A stretch of 64,000 bases of DNA, from NCBI GenBank assembly GCA_046260155.1, contig JBJYXV010000091.1, positions 45,542 to 109,541 of the forward strand, written 5' to 3'. Made by a program: the position numbers and the translations under genes. Below the pieces are notes generated by a model that saw only the letters and a program-made list of their open reading frames with translations, was not told the DNA's origin and searched no databases. This DNA comes from Anaerolineales bacterium (GTDB taxonomy: Bacteria > Chloroflexota > Anaerolineae > Anaerolineales > UBA4823). Below, in pieces: positions 8,022 to 16,511 of the stretch; position 1 is the first letter of the stretch; the number at the start of each line of letters is the position of its first letter.

Positions 8022-8642
8022 ATGAAAATGGAGCGAAATAAATCAAAGCATTTGGTCATTCTTGTCGGTCTGATCACCCTGATTGTTCTAAGCGCTGCTG
8101 TCCCTCTACCGGCATCAGCATATTTTGCCTCAGTGAAAGAAAAATCGGATCTGGTCGGGCTAAAAATTCAGAATAATTCTACAAGTACCGCTTATTTGTG
8201 GTTAGATGGACCAGAATTCTATTACTTCGTGGTCAAACCAGGGGAAACAAATAACTACACTATAATGCGGGGAGAATATTCCAAGGATGTCAGGTACTGT
8301 GGTGCGTGGGATTCTTCCACCATTGACCTCACTCGACAGACAAAATTGGTGATGCCTGCCTGTGGTGAAAATGCCCGGCAAACACCGAGTTCACCGCATA
8401 TTGTGAATATCACCAATACGATCAAAATTGTGAAAGTTACCTTAAAGAACGAAGCGGATACTCAGGTCCTGGCAATACTTACTGGTCCTTCTACCTATGT
8501 TTTCTTGCTTGATAAAGAAGAATCTCAGGATTACACGATTGCCAAAGGTGATTATGAAGTACAGTATTTTGCCTGCAGCGCATATAGTGAAAAAGAGTGG
8601 TCTGCGTATCACTTAGGAGTGCTAAAGTTTAAATGCCCGTAA
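8022..8642 (+). CDS. Secreted hypothetical protein with internal two-fold repeat
   Basis: The signal peptide ends ...PLPASA. Two homologous halves are visible (VKPGETNNYTIMRGEYSKDVRYCGA versus LDKEESQDYTIAKGDYEVQYFACSA), each with 2 Cys. Confidence 0.5.
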   Translation: MKMERNKSKHLVILVGLITLIVLSAAVPLPASAYFASVKEKSDLVGLKIQNNSTSTAYLWLDGPEFYYFVVKPGETNNYTIMRGEYSKDVRYCGAWDSSTIDLTRQTKLVMPACGENARQTPSSPHIVNITNTIKIVKVTLKNEADTQVLAILTGPSTYVFLLDKEESQDYTIAKGDYEVQYFACSAYSEKEWSAYHLGVLKFKCP

Positions 8643-8656
8643 TTTCCAAGTTTGAT

Positions 8657-8685
8657 TTGAAGAAAAATTATGGGAATGGTATAAT
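8657..8685 (+). promoter_or_regulatory. Candidate sigma70-type promoter for the thrS leader
   Basis: TTGAAG, a 17-nt spacer ending in TGg, then TATAAT. It lies about 10 nt upstream of the start of the T-box leader. Confidence 0.4.
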
Positions 8686-8691
8686 TTAGAA

Positions 8692-8957
8692 ACAATTAAG
8701 TAAGAAAAGCTTTGACCGGGACGAGTAAGCGGTGATAGCTGCCAACAGGGAGAGATGATCAAAGATTGAGAGTCATCTTGGGAGAGCAGCCGGCGAAAAC
8801 CACCCGAGAGCTGAACCCTGAAAGGACCAGACTTTACCTGGTACTGATTAAGGGAACCGGAGAACCCGTTATCGGCAACACAGAGAAAAGCGTATAGCTT
8901 AATCTGGGTGGAACCGCGTGAAAATACTCTCGCCCCAGACGGGTGAGAGTTTTCATT
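8692..8957 (+). promoter_or_regulatory. T-box riboswitch leader (Thr specifier) with intrinsic terminator
   Basis: The leader contains AGTA and AGAGAG-type boxes. The candidate specifier is GAAA-ACC-A (ACC at 8799..8801). The T-box sequence CTGGGTGGAACCGCG is at about 8903..8917. The terminator is ACTCTCGCCC-CAGAC-GGGTGAGAGT plus TTTTCATTTATT (8926..8957), directly upstream of thrS. Confidence 0.8.
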
Positions 8958-8997
8958 TATTCATAAGATTTATTTTTTTCAGGCGCAGGAGATAGAA

Positions 8998-10788
8998 ATG
9001 GCAAACAAAAATAAGGTTAGTTATCAGGAAAGTAATCTGTACCGGATTCGACATTCAACAGCGCATGTGATGGCGCAGGCGGTCATGGAAATGTTTCCTG
9101 ACGGAAAAGTTGCAATCGGCCCTCCCATCGAAGATGGCTTCTATTACGATTTTGATCTGCCGCGTTCTCTTACTCCTGAAGATCTTGAAGTCCTGGAAAA
9201 GAGAATGCGTGAAATTATTTCGGGCAAATTTGATTTTAAAAAACAAGTCATCGAAGCGGATGATGCGCGCGAATTATTTGTTGGCCAGCCTTATAAGCTC
9301 GAACTAATTGAGGGGCTCGAACAAGGTGGCTTCGATGAGTATGGAGAACCATTGGATGAGAAACCGGAGATCTCGATATATCAACAAGATTCGTTTGTCG
9401 ATTTGTGCAGAGGACCGCACGTTGCGAATACAGGCGAGATTAACCCGGATGCGGTGAAGCTGTTGAATGTGGCCGGAGCTTACTGGAGGGGAGACGAGAA
9501 GCGCCCGATGCTTCAGCGCATCTACGGCACCGCCTGGGAATCCGCCGATGAACTCGAACAATATTTGTGGAAATTGGAAGAAGCGCGAAAGCGCGATCAC
9601 CGGCGTCTGGGTAAAGATCTGGATCTGTTCAGCGTGAGTGAAGAAGTAGGCCCGGGTTTAATCTTATGGCATCCAAAGGGAGGCATGGTACGCAAGTTAG
9701 CCGAGGATTACTGTATGCAGGAGCACCAGATTGGAGGCTATGAATTTGTATACTCTCCCCACATTGGCAAGGCTCAACTTTGGGAGATCAGCGGGCATCT
9801 GGATTGGTATAAAGAGAATATGTATTCTCCTCTGGATATAGAAGGGCAGGAATACTATCTGAAGCCGATGAATTGCCCCTTCCATATCCAGATCTATAAA
9901 AGCAAGCTGCGGTCATACCGGGATCTCCCCCTGCGCTATGCGGAATGGGGCACAGTTTACCGTTACGAAAGAAGTGGCGTGCTGCAAGGATTGTTGCGCG
10001 TGAGGGGATTCACACAGGATGACGCTCACCTGTTTGTCCAGCCTGAACAGATGCCGGAGGAAATTGATCGCGTGCTTGAGTTCAGTTTGAATATATTGCG
10101 TGCTTTCGGATTCGATGATTTTCAAGCATATCTCTCCACACGCAATCCAGAGAAAGCTGCTGGTTCTGCTGAACAATGGGTTGCTCCTACGGAAGCTTTG
10201 CGGAACGCACTGGAGCGGGCTGGAATAAATTACCAGGTTGATGAAGGGGAGGCTACCTTCTACGGTCCGAAAATCGATATTAAAGTTCGAGATGCCCTTG
10301 GCAGGGAGTGGCAGTTGAGCACGATCCAATTTGATTTTACTCTGCCAGAGCGATTCGACCTGATATATGTCGGCGAAGATGGTCAGGATCATCGCCCATA
10401 CATGATCCATCGTGCCTTGCTTGGTTCAATGGAGCGTTTTATGGGTGTCCTGATTGAGCACTTTGCGGGAGCTTTTCCAGTCTGGTTAGCTCCGGTCCAA
10501 GCGGTTTTGATTCCAATCGCAGATCGTCATTTTGATTATGCCCAAAAGGTTGCCCAAAGTCTTGAATCGGAGGGTTTACGCGTTGAGGTTGACACGCGTG
10601 GAGAACGGATGAACGCAAAGATTCGTGATGCTCAAAATCAAAAGGTTCCTTATATGCTTGTAATTGGTGACCGGGAAGTTGAAGCTGAAACAGTGTCGGT
10701 TAGACTGAGGTCAGAAGAAAACCTTGGTGCAATGTCACTTGAGGCGTTCAAAGCCCGGGCTAATCAAGACGTGCAATCTCGTTCATAA
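8998..10788 (+). CDS. thrS: Threonyl-tRNA synthetase (no N-terminal TGS domain)
   Basis: The protein starts in the editing domain (RIRHSTAHVMAQAV). Class II motifs are present (FRYERSG..., GFTQDDAHLF) and an anticodon-binding domain sits at the C-terminus. Confidence 0.95.
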   Translation: MANKNKVSYQESNLYRIRHSTAHVMAQAVMEMFPDGKVAIGPPIEDGFYYDFDLPRSLTPEDLEVLEKRMREIISGKFDFKKQVIEADDARELFVGQPYKLELIEGLEQGGFDEYGEPLDEKPEISIYQQDSFVDLCRGPHVANTGEINPDAVKLLNVAGAYWRGDEKRPMLQRIYGTAWESADELEQYLWKLEEARKRDHRRLGKDLDLFSVSEEVGPGLILWHPKGGMVRKLAEDYCMQEHQIGGYEFVYSPHIGKAQLWEISGHLDWYKENMYSPLDIEGQEYYLKPMNCPFHIQIYKSKLRSYRDLPLRYAEWGTVYRYERSGVLQGLLRVRGFTQDDAHLFVQPEQMPEEIDRVLEFSLNILRAFGFDDFQAYLSTRNPEKAAGSAEQWVAPTEALRNALERAGINYQVDEGEATFYGPKIDIKVRDALGREWQLSTIQFDFTLPERFDLIYVGEDGQDHRPYMIHRALLGSMERFMGVLIEHFAGAFPVWLAPVQAVLIPIADRHFDYAQKVAQSLESEGLRVEVDTRGERMNAKIRDAQNQKVPYMLVIGDREVEAETVSVRLRSEENLGAMSLEAFKARANQDVQSRS

Positions 10789-10895
10789 GGTGAACGTGGC
10801 ATTCTCTATGGTTGACGATTCAACTGCAGTTATGGTATCATGCGCACGTCCAGTTAACTGGAGAAAAATCTGTTAAATCACAGAAGGAGTACAAT

Positions 10896-11420
10896 ATTAG
10901 CTCATCAGAATTTCGGGTAAATAAATCCATCCGTGTGCCACAGGTACGATTGATCGATGCAAGCGGTGAGAATGTTGGCGTTGTATCAACTGAGGAGGCT
11001 TTCCGGATTGCTCAAGAAGCTGACCTAGATCTGGTTGAAGTTGCACCGAATGCAGAGCCACCTGTCTGCAGAGTGATGGACTATGGCAAGTTTTTGTATG
11101 AACGGACCAAGAAGGAGCGGGAAGCCCGAAAGGCACAAGTCAAAGTCGAGATCAAAGAAATTCGTTTAAGGCCCAAAACTACCGAACACCATCGAGGCTT
11201 CAAGGTTCGCGATGCCAGGAGGTGGCTTGAGAGCGGTAAAAAGGTCAAGGTTCGCATCCGATTTCGTGGTCGTGAGATCACTTACCCGGAAATTGCATTG
11301 GAAAATTTGAGAGATATTGCTGAGGAATTATCCGACGTCGCAATTGTTGAACAGAACCCATCATTAGAAGGAAATGCTATGTTGATGGTGCTGGCGCCGG
11401 CAAAAGCAAAAAAGAAATAA
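10896..11420 (+). CDS. infC: Translation initiation factor IF-3, probable AUU start
   Basis: ISSSEFRVNKSIRVPQVRLIDASGENVGVVSTEEA... is the canonical IF-3 N-terminus. ATT at 10896 lies 6 nt after AAGGAG (10884..10889). The ORF-track Met at 10812 adds 28 non-homologous residues. Confidence 0.9.
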   Translation: MSSSEFRVNKSIRVPQVRLIDASGENVGVVSTEEAFRIAQEADLDLVEVAPNAEPPVCRVMDYGKFLYERTKKEREARKAQVKVEIKEIRLRPKTTEHHRGFKVRDARRWLESGKKVKVRIRFRGREITYPEIALENLRDIAEELSDVAIVEQNPSLEGNAMLMVLAPAKAKKK

Positions 11421-11464
11421 AATATTCGTAAGGTATAGCCAAAGACAAGCATTAGCAGAGTACA

Positions 11465-11499
11465 TCCGCGGATGAAATTTGTGCCGCGGGATTTTGTTT
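11465..11499 (+). terminator. Terminator-like hairpin in the infC-rpmI spacer (possible attenuator)
   Basis: tCCGCGG-12 nt-CCGCGGg is followed by ATTTTGTTT, immediately before the rpmI Shine-Dalgarno sequence GAGGAG. Confidence 0.35.
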
Positions 11500-11515
11500 G
11501 AGAGGAGTGAACTAA

Positions 11516-11755
11516 GTGGCGCGTAAGCAACGAACTGGTAAATATAAATTGAAAACACACAAAGCCACCTCAAAACGATTCCGGCTTACAGGATCTGGGA
11601 AGCTGGTTCGTACAAAAGGTGGGAAGAGTCACAGGCGTCGGGTTACATCAAAAAGGACAAAACGACTCTTCATGGAAATGATCCCAGTTAAAGGTAGAGG
11701 GATCAAGAAACATGTCAACCGGCTTGCCCCAAATTTAAAGCAGGGCAGCAAATAA
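11516..11755 (+). CDS. rpmI: 50S ribosomal protein L35
   Basis: KLKTHKATSKRFRLTGSGKLVRTKGGKSH is the L35 core. The GTG start follows GAGGAG. Confidence 0.85.
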   Translation: MARKQRTGKYKLKTHKATSKRFRLTGSGKLVRTKGGKSHRRRVTSKRTKRLFMEMIPVKGRGIKKHVNRLAPNLKQGSK

Positions 11756-11859
11756 ATTTCGTTGAACTAAGATCTCGATTGGTGAGTGTGTGCAACGAGT
11801 AGATTCAGTGCGATTATTCGCACGGGTACTGACGCTCATTTGATCGAAGGAGAATAGAA

Positions 11860-12210
11860 ATGCCAAGAGTAAAAACAGGGCCTCATCGCCGCAAGCACCA
11901 TAAAAAAGTGCTCAAGATGACAAAGGGACAATTCAACTCCCGTCATCGCTTATTTCGCATGGCAAACGAGGCTATGCTCAAGAGTTTATGGTATTCTTAC
12001 CGCGATCGCAGGAATAGGAAACGGGACCTGCGCAGGTTATGGATTGCAAGAATCAACGCAGCTGCCCGGTTAAACGGGACAACATACAGCCGCTTGATCC
12101 ATGGAATGAAACAATCCGGGATTGCTTTGAACCGGAAAATGCTAGCAGATATCGCGGTCCGCGATCCACAAGCATTTTCAGCGGTTGTAGAAAAAGCACA
12201 AACCAGCTAA
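11860..12210 (+). CDS. rplT: 50S ribosomal protein L20
   Basis: [23 protein letters not shown]...[23 protein letters not shown]. Confidence 0.95.
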   Translation: MPRVKTGPHRRKHHKKVLKMTKGQFNSRHRLFRMANEAMLKSLWYSYRDRRNRKRDLRRLWIARINAAARLNGTTYSRLIHGMKQSGIALNRKMLADIAVRDPQAFSAVVEKAQTS

Positions 12211-12241
12211 TTTATCATTCAACAGACGTATTTTCCTCTGG

Positions 12242-12271
12242 AGACGGATGAAAATCCGTCTATTTTTGTTT
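12242..12271 (+). terminator. Intrinsic terminator after rplT
   Basis: AGACGGAT-GAAA-ATCCGTCT followed by ATTTTTGTTT. Confidence 0.7.
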
Positions 12272-12358
12272 AATATGATTCATTATGTATACAAAACCGG
12301 ATAGTCAGCGCGCGTTGACTGCATATCTTGGAGGTGCTACAATCGCCGGTGAATCTCG

Positions 12359-12937
12359 ATGAATAAAAAAGCCAGGCAATTTACCTTTGCATCTGGAAAG
12401 GTTCTCCAGATAAATCAAGGTGATATTACCCAAGAAAAGATCGACGCGATCGTCAATGCTGCTAATGCCTATCTTCAGCATGGCGGTGGAGTTGCTGGAG
12501 TGATTTCTTTGAATGGGGGTCCCCTAATCCAGATGGAAAGCGATCAGTGGATTGAAAATCATGGTCCAGTGAAACATAATTCACCTGCCTATACGAGCGG
12601 CGGGAAGCTCGCCTGCCGTTACGTAATCCATGCAGTTGGTCCTGTATGGGGAGAAGGGGACGAGGATAGGAAATTGGCCGAGGCAATTATGGGATCATTG
12701 AGACTCGGTAACAAGCTGCAAATAAAATCAATTGCTTTCCCAGCCATTTCGACTGGAATTTTTGGATTTCCAAAAGAAAGAGCGGCTAACATATTCTTCC
12801 AACAAATTTTGGAATATTTCGGGGATTTTCCAATGACCAAACTGGATTTGGTCCGTCTGGTTCTTTATGACAGTCAGTCTTTATCAGTTTTTCTCAAGGT
12901 TGCAGATAATGTAATTCATCTTCACAGAACTGGTTAA
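12359..12937 (+). CDS. Macro domain protein (ADP-ribose binding/hydrolase family)
   Basis: GDITQEKIDAIVNAANAYLQHGGGVAGVI, YVIHAVGPVW and FPAISTGIFGFP are macro-domain hallmarks. Confidence 0.8.
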   Translation: MNKKARQFTFASGKVLQINQGDITQEKIDAIVNAANAYLQHGGGVAGVISLNGGPLIQMESDQWIENHGPVKHNSPAYTSGGKLACRYVIHAVGPVWGEGDEDRKLAEAIMGSLRLGNKLQIKSIAFPAISTGIFGFPKERAANIFFQQILEYFGDFPMTKLDLVRLVLYDSQSLSVFLKVADNVIHLHRTG

Positions 12938-12973
12938 TTTCCTGGTTATTCCTTAAAATATATCGAAAAAGAA

Positions 12974-13759
12974 ATGATGATCACCTCTACGAAAAATCCG
13001 AGTATCCAATGGGTGCGACGTTTGCAGAAAAAGCCCAGGTTCAGAGTTGATGAAAAGGTATTTGTAATAGAGGGGGTTCGCCTGGTAGAAGAAGCGTTGA
13101 GGAACCATTGGGAGGTAAAGAGTATATTCTATTCAGAATCCTTAAGCGCGCGTGGCAGGCAACTGCTCAAAACCTACCAGGAATACAAGACACAGATCGA
13201 TCCAGTAAGCCTGGAAGTAATGCAGGCGATCAGTGATACGAAATCACCACAGGGCATACTGGCAGTAGTTAGGAAACAAGAACTTCCCCTTCAAGAACCC
13301 CCAAATTTTTTACTGGTACTGGACCAGATACGAGATCCAGGCAATCTGGGGACAATTCTACGCACAGCAGCTGCCACGGGTGTCCAGGCTGTTTTTCTGA
13401 CTCCTGGCACCGTAGATGCATTTTCCCCCAAGGTTTTACGTGCAGGAATGGGGGCTCAGTTTCGCCTACCCATTCTAAGCATGGAATGGAGTCAAATCCA
13501 AAACCGAGTTGTTAGTTCTAAATTGCATGTATTCCTGGCTGCTCCACAAGGTGGTAATTCATATTATGAATCGAATTTTCGGCAACCATTAGCATTAATC
13601 ATCGGCGGGGAGGCGGAGGGTGCAGCCAGGGAAGCTATAAAGTTATCCAATTCCCGAGTACAAATTCCGATGCTGGAGGGGATCGAATCTCTCAATGCAT
13701 CTGTAGCTGCAGGTATCTTATTATCTGAGGTTCTTCGTCAAAGGAAGAAGGTAAGATGA
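12974..13759 (+). CDS. TrmH/SpoU family RNA 2'-O-methyltransferase
   Basis: IRDPGNLGTILRTAAATG, LIIGGEAEG and IPMLEGIESLNASVAAGILLSE are SPOUT motifs. Confidence 0.8.
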   Translation: MMITSTKNPSIQWVRRLQKKPRFRVDEKVFVIEGVRLVEEALRNHWEVKSIFYSESLSARGRQLLKTYQEYKTQIDPVSLEVMQAISDTKSPQGILAVVRKQELPLQEPPNFLLVLDQIRDPGNLGTILRTAAATGVQAVFLTPGTVDAFSPKVLRAGMGAQFRLPILSMEWSQIQNRVVSSKLHVFLAAPQGGNSYYESNFRQPLALIIGGEAEGAAREAIKLSNSRVQIPMLEGIESLNASVAAGILLSEVLRQRKKVR

Positions 13760-14994
13760 ATATTCGCTCAATTACATACTTCGAAAAAGTCGATTGGCCG
13801 TTGAAAAAGCAGCAGCTTCGGCAGGCTGGTGATTTTATAAAAATGGCAAAGGATGTCTTTGACGAAAAAGGCTTCCATGTTCAAACTACTCGCCTGGCTT
13901 CAGCCCCTTTTCCAATAATCCTTGGAAACAAGGTGGGCCAGGATACAGTGAATTTCGCAGGCGCATTAGAAGAGCAATTGCTAAAATCCGGTTTTGATTA
14001 TCTCTCAATAGGACCTGCACTCCCAGGTAATAACCAAAGCTACCAGGTAATACCTGATGTTTTAGCTAAAACCCAGAATGTTTTTTCTGCAGGCATGATC
14101 TCATCTGTTGATAGTGGTATTTACCCAGAGGCAATCAAACTCTGTGCCGAGGTGATTAAAAAAAATTCATTAATTTCCAGGGATGGCTTTGCAAATTTGC
14201 GTTTTGCTGCTCTGGCAAATGTTCCACCCGGAACGCCATTCCTGCCTGCTGCATTCCATGATTCTCATAATAGACCGGGTTTTGCAATAGCTACTGAATC
14301 AGCAGACCTGGCAGTCTCCGCATTCAGCAATGCAGCGAATTTAGATGAAGCTAGGCTTTTGCTGATCAAGAACATAGAAGGGGTCGCAGGTGAGATTACA
14401 AGAATCAGCCAGGATTTAGCTGCAAAAACTAAGGTGCAATTCATGGGTATCGATTTTTCTCTGGCGCCTTTTCCTACTAGAGAACAATCGATTGGGACAG
14501 CGATTGAAGCCCTCGGAGTGCCTGGGGTTGGGAATCAAGGGACGCTGGCAGCGATCGCCATCCTCACTGAAGCAGTGGAACGAGCAAATTTCCCGCGGAT
14601 TGGATTTAATGGCGTCATGTTACCTGTACTCGAGGATAGCGTTCTCGCAAAAAGCGTGGCAGCAGACCTGCTGACCATAAATGACTTGCTGCTTTACTCT
14701 GCTGTTTGCGGTACTGGGTTAGATACCATCCCACTTCCCGGATCCGTTTCTGAAGGTCAACTGTATGGCGTTTTGCTTGATCTGGCGGTCTTGGCTCAAC
14801 GCTTGGGAAAACCGCTGACGGCACGGTTGATGCCAATTCCAGGAAAGCAAGCCGCTGATGCGACTAATTTTAATTTTGAGTATTTTGCTAACAGCACCAT
14901 CATGAAATTGAAAGATGAACCATTATTGGGATTTTTAGCTGAAGCTGGACCGTTCCATCTTCTGACCAGGAGTGAACATGAGGCGAGAAAATGA
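13756..14994 (+). CDS. UPF0210/DUF711 family protein
   Basis: The N-terminus MNIRSITYF and the roughly 410-aa length fit the DUF711 pattern as I remember it. The start overlaps the TrmH stop (ATGA). Confidence 0.55.
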   Translation: MNIRSITYFEKVDWPLKKQQLRQAGDFIKMAKDVFDEKGFHVQTTRLASAPFPIILGNKVGQDTVNFAGALEEQLLKSGFDYLSIGPALPGNNQSYQVIPDVLAKTQNVFSAGMISSVDSGIYPEAIKLCAEVIKKNSLISRDGFANLRFAALANVPPGTPFLPAAFHDSHNRPGFAIATESADLAVSAFSNAANLDEARLLLIKNIEGVAGEITRISQDLAAKTKVQFMGIDFSLAPFPTREQSIGTAIEALGVPGVGNQGTLAAIAILTEAVERANFPRIGFNGVMLPVLEDSVLAKSVAADLLTINDLLLYSAVCGTGLDTIPLPGSVSEGQLYGVLLDLAVLAQRLGKPLTARLMPIPGKQAADATNFNFEYFANSTIMKLKDEPLLGFLAEAGPFHLLTRSEHEARK

Positions 14995-15887
14995 GTAGCA
15001 GAATGAACTGTAAGAAAATTGCTCTAATTATTATTACCGCAGGAATGTTCATATCTGCCTGCCAACCAGGGACAAATACTGCGACTCCCGGCTTGGAAAT
15101 TCAGGACACCCCGATGATCCCGACCTCAACGGATGACAAGCAAATTGTTGCAATCCCAATCATACAGGCAGATAAAACTGCAGTAGAAACCAGTACTGAA
15201 CCCACGATCTCAGATTTAGCAAGCCCTGTGGCCGGTAGAACCGCATCCCCTGAAGCCATGGGTGTCTCGATACCTGTGGATGGTTTAAACCTGGCGGGAA
15301 CATTTTATGCTCCTCAAAAAGATGCTCCTCCCTGGCCGGGAGTGATCCTGCTGCATATGCTGTATAGCGACCGCTCCCATTGGGGATCATTTCCCCTCCA
15401 ATTGGCAGAAAGTGGTTATGGAGTGCTCAGCGTTGATTTGCGTGGCCATGGAGAGACTGGAGGGGAGGTGGATTGGGATTTGGCTGCCAGCGATCTCCAG
15501 CAGATTTGGGACTACCTGAGTTCCCGACCAGATATCAATCAGGATCGCACAGCGTTTGTCGGGGCAAGCATCGGCGCTAATCTCGCCCTCGTCGGAGGGG
15601 CTAACGAAGAATCTACAAGAACGGTGGTACTGCTTTCACCGGGTTTGAACTACGCAGGGGTTAAAACAGAGCCAGCATTGAGTACTTATGGTGATCGACC
15701 TGTATTAATTGTTGCCAGCCAGGAAGATACCTATGCAGCAGATTCTTCTGTTCACTTGGAAGAGGCTGCTACTGGAGAGTCTCGATTAATTCTTTACGAT
15801 GGTGCAGGACACGGGACAAATATGTTCGAAGCTGAACCGGATTTATCACAGCAGATCATCGATTGGTTAGACGCCTATCTTGAGTAA
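14991..15887 (+). CDS. Alpha/beta hydrolase lipoprotein
   Basis: The lipobox is FISAC. The nucleophile elbow is GASIGAN, with HG at GAGHG near the C-terminus. The start overlaps the DUF711 stop (ATGA). Confidence 0.65.
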   Translation: MSSRMNCKKIALIIITAGMFISACQPGTNTATPGLEIQDTPMIPTSTDDKQIVAIPIIQADKTAVETSTEPTISDLASPVAGRTASPEAMGVSIPVDGLNLAGTFYAPQKDAPPWPGVILLHMLYSDRSHWGSFPLQLAESGYGVLSVDLRGHGETGGEVDWDLAASDLQQIWDYLSSRPDINQDRTAFVGASIGANLALVGGANEESTRTVVLLSPGLNYAGVKTEPALSTYGDRPVLIVASQEDTYAADSSVHLEEAATGESRLILYDGAGHGTNMFEAEPDLSQQIIDWLDAYLE

Positions 15888-15921
15888 TAGAAATTTCCAC
15901 CGATAACTAAAAATCATCAGC

Positions 15922-16506
15922 TTAAGTTTGTTCTGATTCCAACCAATACTTACTTCCATCAGAAGATCTATTCAGCAATTTAATCCCAATCAATTCCCGA
16001 CGCAGTGTGGTTGTATCCGCATGGTATTTTTTCAATATCTGGTTGACTTCATATTCGCTGTAGGTGATGCCGGGTTGAAACGATTTGCTGATATGACGTA
16101 AAAGCACATCCAGCTTTTTCCGTTGTGCGGGAATTGTCTTCAGCTGCCCATCAGGGAGAGAATAATCCCTAACCACTTTTTGGTCAAAGGCATCCATATT
16201 AATATCAGACGCCATCGTCGGTAGTGTATCTTTTGATAACAGCTTTTTTGCCATAGTCTCTAAAACCTTATTTTCAAGGTGGTAAATATTGTAATAACTG
16301 GAAGCTTTGGCGCTCACTAGACCAACTTCGGATAACTTTGAAAGATGATGTGATACGGTTGAAGGACGCAGATTTATCATTTCGGATAATTGCTCAACAG
16401 TCAGGTCCTGCTGAGCAAGGAGACCGAGTAATTTCAACCGGTTGGCATCTCCCATCGCCTTAAAGAAGTCCAGAATTTCTTGTGAGTTCAAATCTTTTTC
16501 TACCAT
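15922..16506 (-). CDS. ArsR-type HTH regulator fused to DUF2087 domain
   Basis: The N-terminal wHTH is ANRLKLLGLLAQQDLTVEQLSEMINLRPSTVSHHLSKL. The C-terminal part is YSEYEVNQILKKYHADTTTLRRELIGIKLL. Confidence 0.65.
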   Translation of the reverse strand: MVEKDLNSQEILDFFKAMGDANRLKLLGLLAQQDLTVEQLSEMINLRPSTVSHHLSKLSEVGLVSAKASSYYNIYHLENKVLETMAKKLLSKDTLPTMASDINMDAFDQKVVRDYSLPDGQLKTIPAQRKKLDVLLRHISKSFQPGITYSEYEVNQILKKYHADTTTLRRELIGIKLLNRSSDGSKYWLESEQT

Positions 16507-16511
16507 CAGGA

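Noticed and set aside
9913-10410. 165-aa ORF antisense within thrS.
   Set aside because: It is entirely embedded in a confidently identified gene on the other strand and has no recognisable motifs. The same reasoning rejects three other antisense ORFs: 24577..25083 in the YitJ-like gene, 18092..18529 in uvrA and 42286..42663 in etfB.
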